Below, in pieces: positions 55,185-64,000 of a stretch of 64,000 nt of DNA (position 1 is its first letter; every line of letters begins with the position of its first letter). The translations under genes were made by a program, and so were the position numbers. The stretch spans positions 108,996,001 to 109,060,000 of the forward strand of contig NC_043003.1 in assembly GCF_006345805.1 (NCBI RefSeq), written 5' to 3'. The notes beneath the pieces are model-generated. The model saw only the letters and a program-made list of their open reading frames with translations. It made no database searches and was not told the origin of the DNA. Origin of the DNA: Octopus sinensis (Eukaryota).

Positions 55185-55263
55185 ATATATATATTTATAT
55201 ACACACACATACATACATACGCTCACACACATACACACATATTGTATGTGTGTGTGTATATAA

Positions 55264-55306
<43 letters not shown>

Positions 55307-55637
55307 CAAAATGTTCAGTATTATTGAGCCATTGTTGACGATCTTACATAACCGCTTACTACATAATTGTGTGGTTAACTAACATCAAGTGCTCTTCAGA
55401 GATACTAGCTATGGAGAAATATGGTGACTGTTCCCTGTTACTTGAGGTAAAAAATGTCATACGACTTGTATACGGTTTGTGGGTGCAATGGAAAAAAGAT
55501 GAAAAGAAGTTGTGAGAGGTGAATGTGCGATAGATTTACCAAGAATTATGCCTCTTGGCTCCAAATTATTTGAGATGGCTTTAAAGTAGCAAGAGACTGG
55601 TGGGTAAATCAGAAACTTGGCATTTTTCTATGACAAA

Positions 55638-55692
55638 GAGCAGTCGCCATTGAGCAGTCGCCATTGAGCAGGCGCCACTTAGCAGTCACCAT
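55638..55692. repeat. 14-bp minisatellite, about 4 copies
   Basis: GAGCAGTCGCCATT x2 plus two variants. Confidence 0.85.
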
Positions 55693-55912
55693 ATTTTTCC
55701 ATACCTGCTATCTTTGAAGAACGCATGGAGTTAATTAATTGCAGTGTTATCTAATATCCGGTTAGCTAATGTTCAGTGACAAAACGATTGGTAAGATCGG
55801 CTTAAATGAATCTAAAATACTGTAGACGTTGATTAATATATCCACCCAAAATGACAAAGATACAAGTGCATGCTTTTTCTGACTTATGGATTCTTAGGCG
55901 ACTGTGCATACG

Positions 55913-55950
<38 letters not shown>

Positions 55951-56214
55951 TACGCGCTCAAACATGCACATTTATTCTTATATGAAGAAGCCTTACTGAT
56001 ATCTTAAATTAGCAATTCCACAATCTTTTCATGTGTTGCCACAAAAACACGCCTACACACAAGTTTTACGAGCATAGAGAAATTATGAATTGCTTATTTT
56101 TTTTTTCATTCTGAAGAACCATGTAAGTTATAAACTGATTATTTAACAGAATTCTTGAAAAAAATAAAAATATTCTAATAAGACTCTAATCAGCCAATTT
56201 AGTAAAATAACGAC

Positions 56215-56250
<36 letters not shown>

Positions 56251-56329
56251 AACAGAGCATCGTAGTAAGTAGAACAGCTTACAACGAACATAGCAGAATG
56301 AAAGCACGTTTAATAAACTCGATGGAGTG

Positions 56330-57500
56330 AATGAAAAGCTCTCTCTACATGGGTTTGTGTAACATATATTCGACAAATAAATCGTGCATATGAGTTCAAC
56401 CATGTACAGTGTTCGGGTTAAATTTGACAGTTAGAATAAACAGAAAGGAAAACTTAATAACCTGTCCAAAAATAAAAGTATTTTGATAAATCAATACTTG
56501 TTTTCTGACCTTTGTGTTGATATAATGACCAGCATATGTACCACATTTATCATTGCACTTGGTTATCTTAAAGGTGGTATTGTCTGTTAGATCAAACTTT
56601 ATCTTTGTCAACAATTATTTCAAATTATTCGATTATCGTTTGCTTTGAACAAGCTTTCAATTGTGCTTAAATCATTTACCACAATCTGACAATCTACAAA
56701 ATTGTTTTGGTGACAATAGAAATATTTATGGTTATATGGATTACGAGTCGCTACAGAAGTTTTATAGCTTGGCTTTGCATTTCCTCTTGTAGAGTTGCTT
56801 GCAGTTGTTCTGTAGGTATACATTTTGCTCGATCAATACCATTTCGTATAAGTATTGGTGGATACTTTTATTTGAGTAGAAATCCTTTGACTTCTGCAAG
56901 TCTCTTTTCTCTGCTACTTACATCATCAACAAATTTTACTAGCTAGACAAAATGGAATGTTATGCTTTATATGAGCTGGGTGGCATGTTTTGAAACTGAA
57001 TCTCATGTGTGGCGGTCTTTGTAATATATATCCGTTATGCTGTTGTTTCTAAATGACCATAATATTGAAAATGAGGATTTTGAGCAGCTCGTCTTTGAAA
57101 ATTCAGGATTTGATGCAAATTGTTCAGGAGGATTGTGTCCAAATTATAAAACAGCCGACAAATTTTTTTCCCCCACTAACCCTATGTCTTCTAAACTTAG
57201 TACCATACTTTTCCTCTACATTTTGGTATAGTTTCTTCCAAGTACTTCATTACTGATTTCGCATATACCAGAGAGCAGATTTCGTTCCCACAACCGTATC
57301 ACTAATCTGAAAGTGTTACACAGTCAAGTTGCTAAAGTCTTCCAAAAGATACCTGTTATTTCAACGTTATGCTATTGTGAAAATGAAATCACAGTTTAAT
57401 GATAATGGCCAAAACATTACTTTAACTACATGGTTATATTATCCTTATTCTCGATAATCCAGATGGTTCCGATTAGCGCTATCAACTTATTGTATTACAT
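56330..57500 (-). mobile_element. Decayed Penelope-like element (RT to GIY-YIG start)
   Basis: FQIS.T.VGTK, KKLYQ, KFVGCFIIW, ITDIYYK, KRLAEVKGFLLK.KYPPILIRNGIDRAK, TRNPYN, NNLK.LLTKIKFD, KCNDKCGT. Confidence 0.8.
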
Positions 57501-57563
57501 TATGGTAATGATATATAAACCTTCAAAATATAGAAATGATATATAAATCTTCAAGATATATAA

Positions 57564-58001
57564 ATCTTCAAAGCCACAGTCGAACCAATTCTACTATATG
57601 GCTCAGAAAACCTGGACGTTATCAAAGAAGCTTGAGAGGCGGTTGGATGGAACTTACACTCGCTTCCTTATGAGAGCTCAAAATCTCTAATGGAAGCGTC
57701 ATCCAACCAAAGTACAACTATATGGAAAACTACCACCTGTATCATCTCTTGTGAAAGGTAGAAGAGTCCAGTTCGCTGGACATTGTTGTAGAGCTGAAAA
57801 CGAGGTAATTTCTGCTCTTCTCCTCTGGAAGTCATCTACTCACGATACCAGAGGGCGCACACTCTCCTATCCTGATGTAATCTCCAGGGATACAGGCATC
57901 CAGCAACAGGACCTCTGTAATGCTATGATGGACCGTGAAGTCTGGCGTAACATAGTAAATTCCATTGTCTCAACCACGGTCGAACAATGATGATGATGAT
58001 G
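57564..58001 (+). mobile_element. 5'-truncated RTE-clade LINE
   Basis: FKATVEPILLYGS..WTLSKKLERRLDGTYTR...RRVQFAGHCCR...DREVWR, stop at 57990, (TGA)n tail. Confidence 0.88.
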
Positions 58002-58139
58002 GTAATGATCTGGATCTCTTAAAGGGTAAAAAGGAATCCACACGAAATTTGTCGCTGGCTAAAAGTATTCATCAGTTCACAGGCGATTGTAGTTGGTATA
58101 GTGAAACAATTTAGAAGAACGATTATTATGGCAGAGTGC

Positions 58140-58310
58140 AGCTTGTGGACAAAATTGCTAGTATCTTCGCAACTATTCCTGTTACAACGTGTTCTGTAAA
58201 ACGCTTCTTTAATGGACTCAGATGAATGAAAGAATATTTGAAGGCCACAAGGGACAAACATGATTACACACTGTGACAATATCAAATATTGATCGAACAT
58301 ATGCCGGGTT
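58140..58310 (+). mobile_element. hAT transposase C-terminal dimerisation-domain relic
   Basis: IFATIPVTTCSVKRFFNGLR*MKEYLKAT resembles LP(V)TTC..ERSFS.L..LK.YLR.T. Confidence 0.55.
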
Positions 58311-58704
58311 GAAATGTGGACAAAATACTGATATTTTGGCTGTTACGAAATAGTATTACTTTTAAGCTATGCATTGTGTGACCTGTGTCAGCTGTCGATA
58401 GATAAAAAGACATTTTCATTATAAATTAGGATTTGTGTTTTTATTTCTGTAAAATTTGGGGCGAAGCAATTCCTTTGCCTCTTCCTTTAAAGAAAGGGAT
58501 CCCTACACCTATGTATGTATGTATGTATGTATGTATGTATGTATGTATGTATGTATGCATGTATGTATGCATGTATGTATGTGTGTATGTATGTATGTAA
58601 ATACACACACATAATCATCACATACGCATATACATACAAACATACACACATTACGCAAACACACACATACACATTTTCGAGATTATACTTATGTTTGTGA
58701 GTGA

Positions 58705-58779
<75 letters not shown>

Positions 58780-59168
58780 TATATAATTCTTTGTCTCTCT
58801 GTCTGTCTGTTCCCTATGCATTCTCAAACGGTTCCACTAAATCAAATCAAATTTTACAAGGTCATAGTATTAGACTCCACGATTGTCAGCATGTAATTTC
58901 AATTTTCATTTGGATTAAAACAATATAACATTTTAACTCAAATAATCTTTCTATGGTCAACTAGAGTAAAGGACATTTTATACAGAGGCGACGTCACATT
59001 TTTTGTATGAGTGTGTATGTGTGTGCTTGCGCGCTCGTTACGTACGAGATAGTAAAAGACGACGACACATTTTGTATATGTGTGAGTATGTGTCTCTGTG
59101 TGTGTTGGTGCGTTCGTTACGTACGACATAGTAAAGGACATTTTATATCACGATGACGACGATATATA

Positions 59169-59280
<112 letters not shown>

Positions 59281-59285
59281 GTATA

Positions 59286-59428
59286 CTTTATTTAAAGCAG
59301 CAGAAAATTCAACAAAATCTGTTGCTCTGAGTTTCTCGTTGCCGTTCATTAGACAGTTTGTCTGATGAACGGCAACGAGAAACTCAGAGTAACAGATTTT
59401 GTTGAATTTTCTGCTGCTTTAAATAAAG
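59286..59428. repeat. 70-bp near-perfect hairpin with 3-nt loop
   Basis: Arms 59286-59355 and 59359-59428; only two mismatches (59324/59390 and 59350/59364). Confidence 0.97.
59357..59396 (+). ncRNA. Minimal type I hammerhead ribozyme motif
   Basis: UUUGU-CUGAUGA-A-CG(GCAA)CG-A-GAAAC-UC(A)GA-GUA|ACAGA; A-A at the 10.1/11.1 position. Confidence 0.72.
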
Positions 59429-59507
59429 CATATTACTCTACCACTGGTATTTGAGTACTCTTTTTTCCACCTTGTTTCACATTTATGTGTTTACTCCGGT
59501 ATATATA

Positions 59508-59946
<439 letters not shown>

Positions 59947-60040
59947 TTTAATCACCTTGCTTTGAAATTGTATGGATAATACCGTACTAAATTCTGGTGC
60001 CTCAACTAAAGTACCATATTCATCTGAATCTACATATATA

Positions 60041-60080
<40 letters not shown>

Positions 60081-60091
60081 CGTAGGGTGCA

Positions 60092-60208
60092 GGAGTGGCT
60101 GTGTGTTAAGTAGCTTGCTTACCAACCACATAGTTCTGGGTTCAGTCCCACTGTGTGGCACCTTGGGCATGTGTCTTCTACAATAGCCTCGGGCTGACCA
60201 AAGCTTTG

Positions 60209-60277
<69 letters not shown>

Positions 60278-60494
60278 TGTATGTATGTTTGTGTGTCTGT
60301 GTTTGTCCTCCCACCGTCGCTTGACAACCGATGTTGGTGTGTTTACGTCCCCGTAACTTAGCGGTTCGGCAAAAGAGACCGATAGAATAAGTACTAAGCT
60401 TACAAAGAATAAGTCCTGGGGTCGATTTGTTCTACTAAAGGCGGTGCTTCAGCACGGTCACACTAAAATGACTGAAACAAATAAAAGAATAAAA

Positions 60495-60497
<3 letters not shown>
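60092..60497 (+). mobile_element. SINE family 1
   Basis: Head, core, microsatellite and tail. Confidence 0.9.
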
Positions 60498-60554
<57 letters not shown>

Positions 60555-60734
60555 CACGCACGTATCAGTTTCACGAATATCTTATTCACTCACTTACCTG
60601 CACACTTAATCTATAAAAAATGACTGGAAAACACATATTGTTACATTAAAATGTTTTGTGCAGACGAGAATATGATAGAAACCCCAAAGCAAAACCGATT
60701 ATATCCCTCTAAGAGTTTACCGATCCCTATCTTC

Positions 60735-61126
60735 TATCCTTTATCTCTTGTTTCAGTCATCAGACTACGGCCTCAGGACTTAGTTTTGAAGCCTGGTTCT
60801 TATTCCGTTTTCGATTTTGCCGAACCGCTAAGTCACGGGAACGCAAAGAAATCAATACCGGTTGCCAAGAGGTGGTTGGAGACAGACAAAAATACACACC
60901 CATATAGATACATATAGATACAAACACACACACACATATGTATATACATACATTACGCACACACACACACACACATACACGCACAACGGGCTTGTTTCTA
61001 TTTCCGTCTACCAAATCCAATCATCAGGTTCTGGTGGACCCTGGGTCATAGAAGAAGATATCATGCAATGGGACTGAACCCGGAACCATGTGGTTGGATA
61101 TCAATTTTTTACCTCACAGCCATACC
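60735..61126 (-). mobile_element. SINE family 1, diverged
   Basis: Reverse complement of family 1; divergent from the copy at 60092. Confidence 0.8.
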
Positions 61127-62327
61127 TGCACCTATTAGAATAACATTTTCCGGCTGACTCTTCTCTGAAATTGAAACTGAAGTTATTGAGAAGCGATCTT
61201 TTCTTTCACCAAGACCTGTCAACCGTCTTCTCTAATCGATCGTGCTGCCATCTCTTGGGAAAATGAAAACTAAAATTACTGAGAAGACGATCACCGAAAA
61301 ACTTTTCTTGGAATTAATGCAGAATGCTAAGTTCTACATCACTTTGCTGTCAGGAATATCTTCTTGGAATACCACATGTTATTCGACTGCCGTTTTATCC
61401 AAAAAGAGATTTATTTCGGAATGAGCAAATTGGAGCCAAACACACGTTATTGCTAATGCTTCGGAGTTTCCGAGACATTTATTGGATCAAAATTCACTAA
61501 CTTAAGATTTTAAGCACGACACTTTGAAATTAAATCGTCATTATTCCTGTTCTTATTATAAAACCTCTCCAATCTCTCTCTCTCTCTCTCTTTTAAATTT
61601 CGTCTCCCAAACGTTAAGTGTCTTAGTTCTTCGAGGAGAAGAAAGAGAAAAAGAAAAAAAGAAATAGGAATGAAAAGTATGAAGAAAACTAATCATAAAT
61701 ATTTTTACTTCATCCAACATAGAATAACATAACATGAGCTGCATACGAAATGGGAAGAGTAAATATTGATCTGCGAGAAAATAACAGACAAAATAGACTT
61801 GGAAACTTACAATTTAGTTACTGATTACCGAATAGCTTGATTTCTAACCTTGAAATAAGAATCTAAAGCCAGAGAGAAAATAGTCAACACTTGTTAAGTT
61901 CAAGAGACGTTGTACAGCGCTGAAAATATAGCAACGAAAAGAATATTTGGTATATCGTAAGCAACTGCGATTTAATAATGTTTTCACTTTAATCAGAGGA
62001 GTTACGCAGTGGCTCTGATAGTTGAAGGACTTCAAAGACTGTTAAAATTAATGTTGTTGTTGTTTGATCTTGACCTTCTGTACATTGATGCTTGCTAAAA
62101 AACGACAAGATGAACCAATGAAAGAGGAACTTTTATAACAATGCTGGCCAAACTGTAGCCCGCCTGATGATGAGTCATGTCTTATACGGCCCGCCTCCCG
62201 ACAAAGGTTGCCCATACCTGCTTTATGTAGTTGTTTGGCCAGCCAGAAATCGTAGTCCATTTCCTTCCACCGTCGTCTTTTAAAGAATGCAGGACACATA
62301 AGACAATGTATTTGTGTGTGTGTGTGT

Positions 62328-62364
<37 letters not shown>

Positions 62365-62419
62365 TGCATTATACACACGCGCACACGAGACAGTCATGGT
62401 TGGAACACCTTTAATCACA

Positions 62420-62800
62420 GGTCTACTCACTGAAGGTAGACCGGGATGAAGTGGAAGTAATTTAAAGCTACAAGAACGGGAATAGAAGGAAATGTGTTTC
62501 GGAAGATTGCAGTTGTAGTGGAGGAAAGAACCGAGAAAAGTGTTTAGCGTGGGTGGATCGGATGGATAGGGGTGTCACGTAGCTTGTTAGTTCAGGGAAT
62601 CAGATACTTGGATACGTCACCTGTAGAGGGAGAATATACTAATACGCTTCAGCAGGACCTACGAAGGGTGAGAAATATTAAATAGCTTTTCGAAGACAGT
62701 AGCTAACTCAATAACTTGGTGTCAGGACCAGTTAACCAGTTACAAGGCCCAGAGGAGTTCTAGAGCCAATGATAAGCACAGAAAGTCATGGTGAAGGTTT
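62420..62800 (-). mobile_element. L2/Crack-like LINE 3' relic
   Basis: Weak LRR..., FSLY, HFSRFFP...NLPKH...FK motifs. Confidence 0.4.
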
Positions 62801-63244
62801 TACGAATATGGTTGCTCCATGAAAACAGCAAACGGTACGTTTGGACAAATGGTTTTCAACTGGGGTCCATATAAGATTTTAATGTTAAAAACTATGTGCA
62901 ATGAATTGGTTATATTTTCACAATACATAAAATATTTTACAATTTATTTAAATACAATTCCTAATAATATTCAGTTATGAAAATAGAATAGGATTTTATT
63001 TAAACTTCGGATGGCTATAAGGGTCCTGTAGAGTAAAATAGGAATGAAAGGGGTCCAAATAGGCAAAAAAAAAATGGTTGACAACCACACCGCTGATTTA
63101 GACAGAATAGGGAAGCTATTAGAAGGAAGAAATCGAACACGAAAATCGAATCTGAAAACGATTCACAGTCACCATGACAATGCACGACTATACATATCTT
63201 TGGCAACTAATCGGGCAATCGGCAAATTGGTCTAATCAGTGGTT

Positions 63245-63430
63245 TCTATCTACTGTACAGCCCGGATCTGGTACCTTCTGATTTCCACCTGTTCAGTCCA
63301 TGAAGGAGAGTCTTCGGGAACAACGATTTGATAACACACATGAAGTGAAAGTAGCTGTACATGAGTGCACACGTTATTTTTGAATGAGGATTCAAGAGTT
63401 GAATTCAATGAAGCACATAGTAGTGGAGAC
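63245..63430 (+). mobile_element. mariner C-terminal relic
   Basis: LYSPDLVPSDFHLF...KESLREQRFDNTHEVKVAVHE...GDYVEQ*. Confidence 0.75.
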
Positions 63431-63504
63431 TATGTTGAGCAATAATTTTGTGTAAAGGAAGAGTTACTCTACCAAAGAAATCGATTTTAAAGATCAAATA
63501 GACG

Positions 63505-63920
63505 ATATTTGCCATCGTGCGGTTATTAAATATGTGCAGAAAATCGGTTTAGCCCCCAAGGGCATTCATGCTGACATGGTTGCTACATTAGGGGACGATG
63601 CACCAGCTTTATCAACTATGCAACTGTGGGCAGCTGTATCCAGGAGGGGAAGGAAGAGTCCGAAGATGACCCAGGGTCTGGGCGTCCTGCAACTGCCGCC
63701 ACCGAGGAAGACATTGATCACAAAAAGGGTCTTGTTTCATCAAGACAAAGATTCACAACACAAGCCCTTGGTTCCAGTGGTTGCTGTGTGTGGCCATGGC
63801 TTTGAACTCCCTATTCACCTCATTTGGCCCTTACTGACTCTCATCTGTTCCCCCAGCATGAAGAAACACTGAGCCGGGAACCAGTATCGCTGGGATGATG
63901 ACATCATATCTGCTGTTGCT
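63505..63920 (+). mobile_element. mariner relic with large internal deletion
   Basis: HRAVIKY...IHADMVATLGDDAPALST...EDDP..GRPAT fused to VLFHQD...HLFPSMKKH. Confidence 0.8.
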
Positions 63921-64000
63921 GTCAGTTACTCTTGAAGTCTTCTTTGAACAGTCAGATGCCAGTTTATCTGGAAAGATCTTGTGCAGTTATTAATAAGAAG

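Noticed and set aside
55340-55405. Minus-strand AUCU-CUGAAGA...GUA|AGAU
   Set aside because: Stem I and the cleavage triplet fit, but no GAAA is present.
60740-60770. SINE family 1 tail reading CUGAUGA-CU-GAAAC in this copy (AAUGACUGAAACAAGUA in others)
   Set aside because: Other copies lack CUG and no stem I can form; likely coincidence rather than a ribozyme-derived tail.

Overview
AT-rich, microsatellite-saturated eukaryotic DNA. The SINE families and repeat style suggest a coleoid cephalopod (Octopus-like); this is inference. No intact protein-coding gene is supportable, and almost all long ORFs in the track are microsatellite read-throughs or transposon relics. The window is a mobile-element graveyard: about 20 tRNA-derived SINEs (3 families), decayed Tc1 (DD34E), maT (DD37D) and mariner transposons, CR1, RTE and L2/Crack-like LINE fragments, hAT and Merlin-like MITEs (several with TSDs and TTAGGG-like cores), and five Penelope-like element (PLE) coding relics. 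The main result is a cluster of hammerhead ribozyme (HHR) motifs from five unrelated sequence families between 41.9 and 59.8 kb. One is a complete type I HHR inside a structured 489-bp non-coding unit with ~70-bp terminal redundancy (retrozyme/circRNA-like). The other four lie in local inverted duplications, including a ~650-bp 99%-identical inverted repeat and a 70-bp hairpin whose only two arm differences both hit catalytic nucleotides of the antisense copy. HHRs in PLEs are established knowledge; cleavage, transcription and novelty of these families are untested here. All alignments and structures were read by eye.
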